From the NCBI GenBank assembly GCA_963798085.1, contig CAWCRS010000007.1, forward strand, positions 1,216,001-1,280,000: a stretch of 64,000 bases of DNA. The letters run 5' to 3'. This DNA comes from an uncultured Gemmatimonadales bacterium. Lineage in GTDB: Bacteria > Gemmatimonadota > Gemmatimonadetes > Longimicrobiales > RSA9. The notes under the pieces are model-generated. The model was not told the DNA's origin, did no database searches, and saw nothing but the letters and a program-made list of their open reading frames with translations. This document shows positions 32,201-41,107 of this stretch, in pieces. A program made the position numbers and the translations under genes. The stretch's first letter is position 1. Each line of letters starts with the position of its first letter.

Positions 32201-32521
32201 CTGCAGATCGGCTTCCTGGGCACGTTCCCGCCGGTCAATGCCGTGGCCTTTTTCAATGGCGGTCTGGCGTGGGACAAAGAGGTCTGCCTGCAATCCGACT
32301 ACACGCGGACGGACAGCTGCGTGGACGCGCAGAAGGTGCACGTGGTGTGGGACCGCAAGCCGGGCCAGGACCCGTACCTGTGGCGGGAGCCGCTGTTCTC
32401 GTGGGGACTGGGGCTTCGCATCAACGTCTTCTACACCGTGCTGCGACTCGATTACGCGTTCCCGATGAACCGACCGGATCGCGGTGGTGTGTTCTCACTC
32501 TCGTTCGGACCCTCGTTCTGA
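29264..32521 (+). CDS. Omp85-family outer membrane protein with N-terminal HExxH metallopeptidase-like domain and TolB-like (PD40) beta-propeller
   Basis: Signal peptide, QYFGRNKV, THELVH...WFMEGMAEY, repeated PxWSPDG/SPDG, barrel with LRGY, terminal Phe. Confidence 0.85.
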   Translation: MLRRSLIAALLAVSAVAVPAAARAQYFGRNKVHYRSFDFQVIKTEHFDLYYYPRERAAAVDAARMIERSYGRLSRVLQHEFRDRKPVIVYASHSDFQQTNALPSFIDEATGGVTEALKSRIILPFTGSYADFDHVLTHELVHGFQYDVMFRRGVMADASPFGARLPLWFMEGMAEYLSIGSIDPHTQSWLRDAALAGYLRTIDEMSLRDDYLSYRFGQSLWAYVGEKWGDEVIGIILQKAPRVGVDRAFASTLGLSLDELSSEWLTAVRRQYLPQVAEFQQPATFAQRLTVHNKLEDPWFLAPALSPDGSQMAFISQRDGFAFDLYLADAHTGKVRRKLVDAEKSSGFESLRFLNSTASFSPDGRYIAFAAQTGGRDALYLYDLKRKGVSKKLSFDLNGVSNPSWSPDGQRIVFTGMDGGLSDLYVTDLHGRLDTLTHDRYADLLPAWSPDGRRIAFTTDRGPGTNLDALSYGNYRVALYDLDSRSIDVLPQQNEGKNVNPVWSPDGNELIWVNDRTATNDLYLYELKTGELSRISNVLSGVIGIGPLSPVLSWSRSGSLAFVYFEQAGYNIYSVADPLKLPRMAVPRAVRPVIADGDGQAGASAPALRLAPRHEQPSQRTSSFDGSFYRTGSNFRASNAPQKVAPEQLAPVSVVALLDSAALALPDTGGFQFQRYKTKFTPDMIGRPTIGANVGGYYGNGIYGGSYIQLSDMLGNHNILAAANINGSLSDANMFAGYSFLKTRTNFGFAIEQTPLYRYFGTYETNLDSDGQTRDVIANVFVRNVIRSGEALISYPFSTFRRFELGASAVSYKSDILYRGYNALTYDPVQVDSRIGSLSYVQPMAALVFDNSLFGWTGPVLGRRYRLQFSRSLGDLTFSEALADIRNYWNVKQKVVFAARFVGLSRFGGDADRFSLYWGGPYFLRGYDGGSFKPSGSECEASQTYSGNGSLSSCPVRDQLIGSSAALANFEVRVPVIKELQIGFLGTFPPVNAVAFFNGGLAWDKEVCLQSDYTRTDSCVDAQKVHVVWDRKPGQDPYLWREPLFSWGLGLRINVFYTVLRLDYAFPMNRPDRGGVFSLSFGPSF

Positions 32522-32545
32522 GTGGCTCCCTCCACATGGCGGAGA

Positions 32546-32587
32546 GCGCGCCGTTCGTGGCTTCGTCGCGAACGGCGCGTTCCCTTT
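32546..32587 (+). terminator. Probable intrinsic terminator
   Basis: GCGCGCCGTTCGTGG-cttcg-TCGCGAACGGCGCGT followed by TCCCTTT. Confidence 0.65.
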
Positions 32588-32648
32588 GCGGGGGGGATAC
32601 CGTCCTTAGATTAGCATCGACCTCGACGTCTCACACCGAACTTCGTTC

Positions 32649-34247
32649 ATGACCCTGGGTTTGTGGCCGGAGGCGGTGCCGTTTGATCCCGATAGCGGCA
32701 CCGCGTTGCACGAATTGCGCAAGCACTTCGACGCGGCGCAGCTGCCGGCGGCGCTGCTGCTGGTTTGCGGGCGCAGTCAGCGCGGTTCGCTCTGGGCACA
32801 GCAGGCTGCGATCGGACTGGCGCGCGCGCTGGCCGGTGGGCCTCGCCCCGTGGTGCTCGTCGATCTCGATTTCGAAGGTGCCTCTCTGCACGAACGCCTC
32901 AATGAGGCGAACGGCGAAGGCCTGGCCAATGCGCTGCTGTTCGGCGCGTCGCTCGAGCGCGTGACGCTCAGGCCCGCCGGTGAGGCGTTCGAGTTCGTGC
33001 CGCCCGGCGCCTTCGCACCCGATCCCTCGGAGCTGCTCACAGACCCTGGCTGGGTCCGACTGCTGGCGGAGCTGGCCACACGCAACGCGCTGCTGCTGGC
33101 GTGGGCACCGGTCGGCACGCCCGGCCTCAATGTGCTCGCCGAGCGCATCCAGGCCGTCGTGGTGCTCGCGGAAGAGAATGAAGTGGCAGCCACCGTGGCG
33201 CTGATGCCGGAGTCCATACGCGTCGAGGGGATGATCCGCCCGGCACCGCCCGTATCGCTCGAACTGACGCCGGTTCCGCAGCCCGAGCCGGAGCCGGTTC
33301 CGCCCGCACCGCCTGCGGCTACGCCCGAAGCGTCTTTGCCGGCGCCGGAGGCGGAGGCGGCGCCCACACGGGCGGTGGTGGAGGCGGCCGCCGCGGATGC
33401 GACAGCGCCGATCATGAGCGCGGCGGACGAGGTGGAGCGCATCCGCCTGCCGAAGGACGAAGCGAGAGAAGCGCTGATGGCGGAGCTGCGTGCGAGGCAG
33501 CGCGTGGCGGCACGAGCGGGCGCCGGGGACGGCGACAAGGCAGCCGATGGAACGCAGGGGGAAGACTCCGTCGTCGTCACGCGCGAGCCGGCGCCACCGC
33601 GCAATTATCGGACGTGGTTCATCGGCGTGGGCGCGCTGCTGCTGATCGTGATCCTGAGCGCGCTCGGCGGCATGCTGCTGGGCGGCGGCCCGACGAAGTC
33701 TCCGCAGACTCTGCCGCCCGTGAACGCATCCGGGCCACCGGAGCCGGCGGGTGAAATCCTCGGTTATTCGGTCGCCGTCGAAAGCTACGACCGGCAGACC
33801 AGAGCACAGAATCGCGCTGACACGCTCGCGCTCGCGGAGCCGAATGTCAGCTTCTACCTGGCGCCCGTGCGGGTGGACCAGGACCTTTACTTCCGCGTAC
33901 TCGCCGGACCGTTTACCGACAGTCTGACCGCGGCACGTGAGATGCACACGCTCGTGGACCGCGGACTGAAGACCGCCAATTCGCCAACCGACATCCGGTC
34001 GACGCCGCTCGCCTTTCTTATCGGCCGGTATGACACCCGGGATGAAGCTCTGCAGAAGATGAACGAATTGAAGACGACCGTCCCATCCTACGTCGTGGAA
34101 GTGCCGTACTCGCGCGGGCCCATGCATTACCACGTGTACGCGGGTGCGTTTGCCGGTGAGACCGAGGCACTGGTGATGCGCGACATGCTGAAGCACGCCG
34201 GCGTTCAGGACACGCTGGTGCTGCGCGTCGGGCGGGCCGGCACATGA
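32649..34247 (+). CDS. Degenerate MinD/BY-kinase-like domain + Pro-rich linker + TM + SPOR-like domains
   Basis: VVLVDLDF...GLANAL without a Walker A, PQPEPEP linker, TM helix WFIGVG...GMLL, YFRVLAGPF and YHVYAGAF SPOR-like strands. Confidence 0.75.
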   Translation: MTLGLWPEAVPFDPDSGTALHELRKHFDAAQLPAALLLVCGRSQRGSLWAQQAAIGLARALAGGPRPVVLVDLDFEGASLHERLNEANGEGLANALLFGASLERVTLRPAGEAFEFVPPGAFAPDPSELLTDPGWVRLLAELATRNALLLAWAPVGTPGLNVLAERIQAVVVLAEENEVAATVALMPESIRVEGMIRPAPPVSLELTPVPQPEPEPVPPAPPAATPEASLPAPEAEAAPTRAVVEAAAADATAPIMSAADEVERIRLPKDEAREALMAELRARQRVAARAGAGDGDKAADGTQGEDSVVVTREPAPPRNYRTWFIGVGALLLIVILSALGGMLLGGGPTKSPQTLPPVNASGPPEPAGEILGYSVAVESYDRQTRAQNRADTLALAEPNVSFYLAPVRVDQDLYFRVLAGPFTDSLTAAREMHTLVDRGLKTANSPTDIRSTPLAFLIGRYDTRDEALQKMNELKTTVPSYVVEVPYSRGPMHYHVYAGAFAGETEALVMRDMLKHAGVQDTLVLRVGRAGT

Positions 34248-37200
34248 AGCTGCGCAGCCTCACATTGCAGGGATTCAAGTCATTCGCTGACCGTACGGAG
34301 CTGCACTTCCACGAAGGCATTACCGCCATCGTCGGACCCAACGGCTGCGGCAAGTCGAACATCAGCGACGCGATTCGCTGGGTGCTCGGCGAACAGAAGC
34401 CGTCCGCCATCCGCGGCTCGCGCATGGAAGAGGCGATCTTCCAGGGCACGACACAGCGGCGTCCGCTGAATCGGGCGGAAGTGGCGCTGCTGTTCTCCAA
34501 TGAAGAGGGCCGGCTGGCGATCCCGCAGAAGGAAGTCGAGATCCGGCGCACGGTTTTCCGCGAGGGTGGCAGCGATTATCTGCTCAACCGCCAGTCCACT
34601 CGCCTGCGTGACATCCTGGATCTGTGCCGCGACACCGGCCTGGGCGCGAATGCCTACACGGTGATCGAGCAGGGCATGGTGGACGCGATCCTCTCGGATC
34701 GTGCGGAAGAGCGGCGCCATCTGTTCGAGGAAGCCGCCGGCATCGGGCGCTACAAGGATCGTCGCAAGTCGGCACAGCGTCGGCTGGAGGCCGCCGAGGC
34801 GGACCTGGCACGACTGCAGGACCTGGTGGGCGAAGTCGACACGAAAGTTCGCAGCCTGGCGCGACAACGGCGACGGGCGCAGCGTTATGGCGAGCTGCGC
34901 GAACGACGGCTGAGCCTGGAAGTGGCCGTGGCAAACGCGGAGTTGGAGCGCGTGCACGCGGCACTGAATGCGGCGGCCGCAAGGCTCAATGCGCTGTTGC
35001 GCGATGATCCGGCGGCCCGCGCCGAATTGAGCGCGGCGGAAGCCGAGCTGGAGCGGAGCCGGCTGCAAGCGGTCGAGCTGGGACGGCAGCGGGCTACGCT
35101 GGCTGCCTCGCTCGACGAAGTGGGCCGGCGCATTGCCGAGCGCGAGCGTGAGCTGGCGGTGGCGGATGAGCGCAGTACGCACTCCGAGCGGCGCCTGGTG
35201 CAGATCGCGGCGGAGCGCGAGGATCTGAACGCGCGCATTGCGGCGCAGGACGTAGAGCTGGACGCGCTGCAGAACGAGCGTCACGGACAGCGCGGCGTGC
35301 TCGAGACACTCGCCGCGCGCGTGGCCGAAGTCCAGGAGCGTAATGCGCTGTTACGCACCGAGGTCACGCAGGTGCGCCGCGCCGATGAGGACGCGCGCGC
35401 CCGCGAAACCGAGCTGACGCGCGCGCTCGCCGTGCTGGAAACCGATGCGGGCCGCGCCACCGGCCGCGCCACGGAGGCGGACGCACTGATCGAGCGGCTG
35501 GGTGAAGAACGGCGGGAGCTGCAGGCCGAGACGCGCCGCCTGGATGAACAGGGCGACCTGTTCGCGGAACAGGCCCGGTCGCTGGCCGAACGCAAGGCGG
35601 CGCTCGAGGAACGCCGCACCGCACTGGAAGCGGACCTCGCCGCACTCATGGCCGCAGAGCAGGACGCGCGCGCCGCACTCGCGGCCGCGGAAGAATCGGC
35701 GAGCAGCCTGAGCGCGCTGGTGGAAGCACAGGAGCGCCTGGAACAGGACTACCACGGCTTCGCGCCGGCCGTCGCCGCCGCACTCCAGTCTCGCGCCGAG
35801 CTGCCCGGCCTGGTGGCGCCGCTCGCCGACCTGCTGGAACTGACACCGGAGCGAGGAGCGGCGCTGGAGGCCGCACTCGGCTCGCTGCTGCAGATGCTGG
35901 TGGTAGAGGGCGCAGATGCCGCCAGCGCGCTGCGCGAGTGGATCAACGACCATCACCCGGACAAGGGTGCCGTCGCACTCCTGCCGCGCACCGCGCTGCC
36001 TCGCCTGGAAGCGTTGCTGCAGGAGATGGAATTCGCGGGCAAGATGCCGGCCGAGCCGGTACTGGTGGGTCGGCGGGAGCGACTCGCAGCCATGCGTGCG
36101 CGCGCGCAGCTTGCGGCGGAGGATGTGGCCACGCAACGCAGCGCGCGCAGCGAAGCGGCGGAGCGCACCACGGCGTGCGAAGCCGAACTACGCGCCACGG
36201 GCTCTACGCTGCACGAGGTCGAGCTGGAGCTGCGACGCACTGCGGCGGACGAGAATACACGTGCCGGCCAGCGCGGGCGCGCGAGTCGCGCCCTGGCCGA
36301 GCTGGAGCGGCGGCAGACCGAACAGACACGGACGCGCGAGCAGGCCACGCGTGACGCGGAGCGCTTCCGCGTCGAACTGGCAAGGGTGGAAGCCGAGCTC
36401 GCCGTTCATCGTGCCTCCTGGCAGGCGGCCACGGGTTCACTGGTACAGCGCGAGGCGGCGTGGGAAGCGGTGCGTGAAGAGGAAGCCGACGTACGCGTGT
36501 CGCACGCGCGCGCCGAGGGCGCGCTGACCGCGCTGGAGCGGCGTATTGCGTCGGGCGAGCAGGAACGTGAGCAGCTGCGCGGCCGCCTGACGGCCATCGC
36601 GGCGGAGGAGCGCGAGCACCACCACGACCTCACCGCGATTGCCCAACTGCGTGTTAGTGCGGGCGCCGAGCTGCAGCAGGGCTTCGAGCGCCGCGATCGG
36701 GTGCAGGCCGAGTTGCGCCGGATCGAGGAGCACCTGACCGAGAGCGGCAATGCCACGGTCACGCTGGAGGCCAGGGTGCGCAGTCTCCGGCGCACGGCGG
36801 ATGAGGCCAGTGAGCTGCGCCACCGCCTGGAAATGGAGCGCGCCGCCGCCATTGCCGCGGAGCGGCGCGTGCGGGACCGCCTGGAGGCCGAGTGGAACCG
36901 GCCTTTCGAGCAGCTGGTCGAGCAGGCAGGCGAGGTGCCGGGTGACCCGGAAGTGCTGACGGCGGAGCTGCAGGCCATTGCCGCCGACATCGAGCGGCTC
37001 GGTCCCATCAATATGCTGGCGATGGAAGAGCACGACGAGGAAAGTCGTCGCCTGGTATTCCTGGTCACGCAGCGCGACGATCTCGTGAAAGCGAGAGACG
37101 ATCTGCAGAGCGCCATCCGCCAGATCAACCGAACGGCGCGCGATCTGTTCTTCCAGACGTTCGAGCAGATCCGCGAGAAATTCGGTCACACCTTCCAGGC

Positions 37201-37624
37201 GCTGTTCGAAGGCGGCGAGTGCGACATCAAGCTGGAAGATCCGGAAGACCCGCTGGAGACGCCGGTCGAAATCACGGCATCGCCACGCGGCAAGCGCACC
37301 CAGCGCATTCACCTGCTGAGCGGCGGCGAGCGTGCGCTGACCGCGCTGGCCCTGCTCTTTGCCATTTACCTGGTGAAGCCCAGCCCGTTCTGCGTGCTGG
37401 ATGAGGTGGACGCACCGCTCGACGATGCCAACATCGGGCGCTTCATCGCAATGCTGCAGCAGTTCAAGATCAGCACGCAGTTCATCGTGATTACGCACAA
37501 CCCCCGCACAATGGAGGCGGCCGACTGGCTGTACGGCGTGACCATGGAGGAGCCGGGCATCAGCTCGATCGTGGGCGTGCACCTGGACGAGGTGCTGGCC
37601 GGGGCAGGCGCGCCCGAGAGCTGA
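34244..37624 (+). CDS. smc: Chromosome segregation protein SMC
   Basis: GFKSF, GPNGCGKSN, IEQG, coiled coils, LSGGE, VLDEVDAPLD, ITHN. Confidence 0.97.
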   Translation: MKLRSLTLQGFKSFADRTELHFHEGITAIVGPNGCGKSNISDAIRWVLGEQKPSAIRGSRMEEAIFQGTTQRRPLNRAEVALLFSNEEGRLAIPQKEVEIRRTVFREGGSDYLLNRQSTRLRDILDLCRDTGLGANAYTVIEQGMVDAILSDRAEERRHLFEEAAGIGRYKDRRKSAQRRLEAAEADLARLQDLVGEVDTKVRSLARQRRRAQRYGELRERRLSLEVAVANAELERVHAALNAAAARLNALLRDDPAARAELSAAEAELERSRLQAVELGRQRATLAASLDEVGRRIAERERELAVADERSTHSERRLVQIAAEREDLNARIAAQDVELDALQNERHGQRGVLETLAARVAEVQERNALLRTEVTQVRRADEDARARETELTRALAVLETDAGRATGRATEADALIERLGEERRELQAETRRLDEQGDLFAEQARSLAERKAALEERRTALEADLAALMAAEQDARAALAAAEESASSLSALVEAQERLEQDYHGFAPAVAAALQSRAELPGLVAPLADLLELTPERGAALEAALGSLLQMLVVEGADAASALREWINDHHPDKGAVALLPRTALPRLEALLQEMEFAGKMPAEPVLVGRRERLAAMRARAQLAAEDVATQRSARSEAAERTTACEAELRATGSTLHEVELELRRTAADENTRAGQRGRASRALAELERRQTEQTRTREQATRDAERFRVELARVEAELAVHRASWQAATGSLVQREAAWEAVREEEADVRVSHARAEGALTALERRIASGEQEREQLRGRLTAIAAEEREHHHDLTAIAQLRVSAGAELQQGFERRDRVQAELRRIEEHLTESGNATVTLEARVRSLRRTADEASELRHRLEMERAAAIAAERRVRDRLEAEWNRPFEQLVEQAGEVPGDPEVLTAELQAIAADIERLGPINMLAMEEHDEESRRLVFLVTQRDDLVKARDDLQSAIRQINRTARDLFFQTFEQIREKFGHTFQALFEGGECDIKLEDPEDPLETPVEITASPRGKRTQRIHLLSGGERALTALALLFAIYLVKPSPFCVLDEVDAPLDDANIGRFIAMLQQFKISTQFIVITHNPRTMEAADWLYGVTMEEPGISSIVGVHLDEVLAGAGAPES

Positions 37625-40050
37625 TGCGACGCGCAGGTCCCGCCATCGCCTGCGCGCTGCTGGCCTCTGCCACGTGGCTCGCACTGCGGGCGCACGGCGC
37701 CACGCCACGGCCGCGCACGGCCAGCGACTCCCTCGCCGTCTGGGTGATCCTGGATCGCGACTCGGCGCGCAGCCACGCGCCGCCCGCCATTGGGGAAGCC
37801 GCCGTGCGCTCCCGTCGCCAGCTCGGCATTGCCGAACTGGAGAACGATCGCCCGCTGCCCGAGCCACTGCTGCAACGCATTGCGGCAACGGGTGCGCAGA
37901 TTCGGACGCGCAGCCGCTGGCTGCGCGCGGTGAGCGTGTGGACCGATATGGCGGGAGTGGCACGGCTCCGATCCCTGCCGTTCGTCCGCGAGCTGCGGCG
38001 TGTAGGCAGGATGGAGCGCGCCGGCAACGACGGCACGCCGGTCGCCCTCCGTCCGGATGCTGCGCCGCCATTGCCGCCAGCACGACCACCGGACACGCGA
38101 GTGCAGGCGCCGGACAGCGCGTACTATGGCCCCGACTGGCCCGCCATCCGTGACCTGGGCATTCCGTCGGCGCACTCGTTCGGGTTCACGGGCAAGAACA
38201 TCACCATCGCGATTCTGGATGGAGGCTTCGATCCGCGACATCAGAGTCTTGCCGGCCGCGCGGTGGATCACACGCGCGACTTCATCAATGGAGACACGAT
38301 CGTCTATGACCAGCCGGGCGATCCTGCGGGCGCGGCGCGCCACGGCACGCGTGTGTTCTCGCTGCTGGGCGGTTTCCGGCAGGGCCAGGTCGTGGGTCCC
38401 GCATACGATGCGCGCTTCCTGCTGGCCAAGGTGGATGCCGAGCCGGGTGACACGCGCGCGGACGAGGATCGCTGGGTGGCCGCGGTCGAGTGGGCGGACT
38501 CGCTGGGCGCCCGCCTGATCGCATCTTCGCTCGCCTTCCGCTACGCCTTCACGGATGGCCCCGACATTCCCTACGGCGCGCTGAACGGCGACAGCACCAT
38601 CACGACGCGCGAGGCCAATGAAGCGGCCAAGCGCGGGCTGCTGGTGGTCACCGCGATCGGTGATGGCGGACCGCTCGCGGCCACCCTGGCGGCGCCCGCG
38701 GATGCTGACAGTGTGTTAGCAGTGGGCGCGAGCAGTGCCACGGGTCAGCCGGCCGTCTTTGCTGCGGGTGGTTCCGCGCGAGGCCCTACCGCGGACGGTC
38801 GTACCAAGCCGGAAGTGGTGGCCCGCGGGACGGGACTGTACGCGGCGTCGTCGCTCAACGTGGGCGGTTACGACGGCAACCTCGAGGGGACCAGCTACGC
38901 GAACGCGCTGGTTGCGGGTGGCGCGGCGATCTTCATGGAAGCATGGCGCAACCTGAGCGCCGCCGCCGTGCGCCGTGCGATCATGCTCTCCGGCAGACAG
39001 GCCAATGCGCCCGACAACAGCCTGGGCTACGGCATGCCGGACATTGCGTCCGCCATCCTGTTTCCGGACGGGCTGCAGACGACCTCGGTGGCCACAACAG
39101 ACCCGACGGGGCGCCTGATCACGATCGCGCCCACGTTCAACTGGCAGGCATCACTGGTCCACCCGGCGATGCGGCCCGTACGCTACCGGCTCGAGCTGGC
39201 CAGTGATTCCCTGTTTCTGTCCATCGTCGATTCGCTGAGCTTCAACGAGACCTTCTCGCTGACGTTGAGTCGTCCGCTGCGACCCGCACGAATCTGGTGG
39301 CGCGTGGTGGCTACGGCAGCGCTGGGTGTTACGCGCACCACGGCCATTGCCGGACCGCTGACCATGCCCGGCTGGGTGACACTGACTTCGCCCGATCCGG
39401 CGGAAGTGAGCTTCGTGAATTCGGTGCGGCCGGAATTGTCATGGACGCCGCTGCTCGCGCCGCCACCGTTCGGGCCGCTGGTGTACGATGTCGAGATCCT
39501 GTCGAATGAAACGAAGCGGCCCGTGCAACCCGCCGTGCGCAACCTGACGAGCGCGACGATCAAGGTAGCCGAGCCGCTGGTGCCCAACACGGCCTATCTC
39601 TGGCGGGTCATTGCCCGCACGACGACGGGCGCGGAAGACACAGTGCTGAGTCAGAACCCGTTCGTGGTGACCAGTGACACGGCACCGCCGGCGACGCTGC
39701 TCTATCAGAATTTTCCGAATCCGTTTCCGCGCTTCGACCTGGGCACGTTCTCGACACAGGTCTGGTTCGACCTGGCGGAGCGGTCCACCGTCGAGATGAT
39801 GATCCTCGATCAGCGCGGCCGCAGGGTGCGGCAACTCATCCCGGCCGCGGCCGGCTGCGGCACGGTGACGCTGGACGCGGGACAGTATGGCCGCGGTGGT
39901 CCGCTGGGAATGCAGGATCCGTGCGTCTCCACGAGCTGGGATGGCAGCGACGGCGAGGGGCATGAAGTGGCACGCGGCATCTATCTTCTGCGGTTGCGGG
40001 TAAACGGCCGAGACTACTGGCGGCGCATGGTGTTCCTGCCCGAGCGTTGA
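37624..40050 (+). CDS. Secreted S8 (subtilisin-like) peptidase with two Ig/Fn3-like repeats and a FlgD/T9SS-CTD-like tail
   Basis: Triad ILDGG / HGTRV / GTSYA, KPEVVARG, LYQNFPNPF...WDG...GIYLLRL. Confidence 0.88.
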   Translation: MRRAGPAIACALLASATWLALRAHGATPRPRTASDSLAVWVILDRDSARSHAPPAIGEAAVRSRRQLGIAELENDRPLPEPLLQRIAATGAQIRTRSRWLRAVSVWTDMAGVARLRSLPFVRELRRVGRMERAGNDGTPVALRPDAAPPLPPARPPDTRVQAPDSAYYGPDWPAIRDLGIPSAHSFGFTGKNITIAILDGGFDPRHQSLAGRAVDHTRDFINGDTIVYDQPGDPAGAARHGTRVFSLLGGFRQGQVVGPAYDARFLLAKVDAEPGDTRADEDRWVAAVEWADSLGARLIASSLAFRYAFTDGPDIPYGALNGDSTITTREANEAAKRGLLVVTAIGDGGPLAATLAAPADADSVLAVGASSATGQPAVFAAGGSARGPTADGRTKPEVVARGTGLYAASSLNVGGYDGNLEGTSYANALVAGGAAIFMEAWRNLSAAAVRRAIMLSGRQANAPDNSLGYGMPDIASAILFPDGLQTTSVATTDPTGRLITIAPTFNWQASLVHPAMRPVRYRLELASDSLFLSIVDSLSFNETFSLTLSRPLRPARIWWRVVATAALGVTRTTAIAGPLTMPGWVTLTSPDPAEVSFVNSVRPELSWTPLLAPPPFGPLVYDVEILSNETKRPVQPAVRNLTSATIKVAEPLVPNTAYLWRVIARTTTGAEDTVLSQNPFVVTSDTAPPATLLYQNFPNPFPRFDLGTFSTQVWFDLAERSTVEMMILDQRGRRVRQLIPAAAGCGTVTLDAGQYGRGGPLGMQDPCVSTSWDGSDGEGHEVARGIYLLRLRVNGRDYWRRMVFLPER

Positions 40051-40084
40051 TCGGCCAGGGCGAGTCGACTCACAGGGAGCGGGG

Positions 40085-41062
40085 ATGGGACGATACCTGG
40101 TGACCGGGACGGCCGGCTTCATTGGCTGGAAGGTGACAGAGCAGCTGCTGGCGCGCGGCGACGAAGTCGTGGGGGTGGACAACCTCAACGACGCGTACGA
40201 CGTGCGCCTGAAGGAATGGCGCCTGGGTACGCTGCAGGGCCGCGCAGGCTACCGCTTCGTGCGCACCGACATCAGCGATCGGGCCGCGCTGGACGCGGTG
40301 TTCGCTTCGGGTCGCTTCGCTGGCGTGATCAACCTGGCGGCGCGTGCGGGCGTACGGCAGAGCGTGGAGAATCCCTGGGTGTACCTGGAGACCAACGCGA
40401 CCGGCACGCTCAACCTGCTCGACCGCTGCGTGCAACACGGTGTTCCCAAGTTCGTGCTGGCGTCGACATCGAGTCTCTACGGCTCACACAATCCCAGGCC
40501 CTATTCCGAGACCGCGGACACGGACCGCCCGCTCTCGCCCTACGCCGCTTCCAAGAAAGCTGCGGAAGCGATGGCGCACACGTACCACTACCTGCACGAC
40601 CTCGACGTCACTGTGTTCCGCTACTTCACGGTGTACGGTCCCGCAGGCCGGCCGGACATGAGCCTGTTCCGTTTCGTGCAGTGGATCAGCGAGGAACGGC
40701 CGGTGGTGCTCTTCGGGGATGGCACGCAGGAGCGCGATTTCACGTATGTCGACAATGTGGCGCGCGGCACCATTGCCGGGCTGCGCCCTCTGGGCTACGA
40801 GATCATCAACCTGGGCTCGGACCAGCCGGTGGTGCTGGCGGAGGCGGTGCGCACGGTGGAACGCTGCACCGGGCACCAGGCTAACATCCAGTTACAACCC
40901 CGTCACCCTGCGGATGTGGACGCGACCTGGGCCAACATCGGGAAAGCGAAGGCGCTGCTCGACTGGGAGCCGCGCACCTCGTTCGTCGAGGGTGTCGAGC
41001 ACCTGGTCGCCTGGTACAATGACAACCGCGAGTGGACGCGCAATATCGCCACGGGCAGCTGA
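40085..41062 (+). CDS. NAD-dependent nucleotide-sugar epimerase (UDP-glucuronate 4-epimerase-like)
   Basis: TGTAGFIG, LAARAGVRQS, YAASKK, FTVYGPAGRPDM. Confidence 0.92.
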   Translation: MGRYLVTGTAGFIGWKVTEQLLARGDEVVGVDNLNDAYDVRLKEWRLGTLQGRAGYRFVRTDISDRAALDAVFASGRFAGVINLAARAGVRQSVENPWVYLETNATGTLNLLDRCVQHGVPKFVLASTSSLYGSHNPRPYSETADTDRPLSPYAASKKAAEAMAHTYHYLHDLDVTVFRYFTVYGPAGRPDMSLFRFVQWISEERPVVLFGDGTQERDFTYVDNVARGTIAGLRPLGYEIINLGSDQPVVLAEAVRTVERCTGHQANIQLQPRHPADVDATWANIGKAKALLDWEPRTSFVEGVEHLVAWYNDNREWTRNIATGS

Positions 41063-41107
41063 CGCCCGCCCGACAGCACGCACGGGCCTGCCAATGGTGA
41101 TCCTGCC

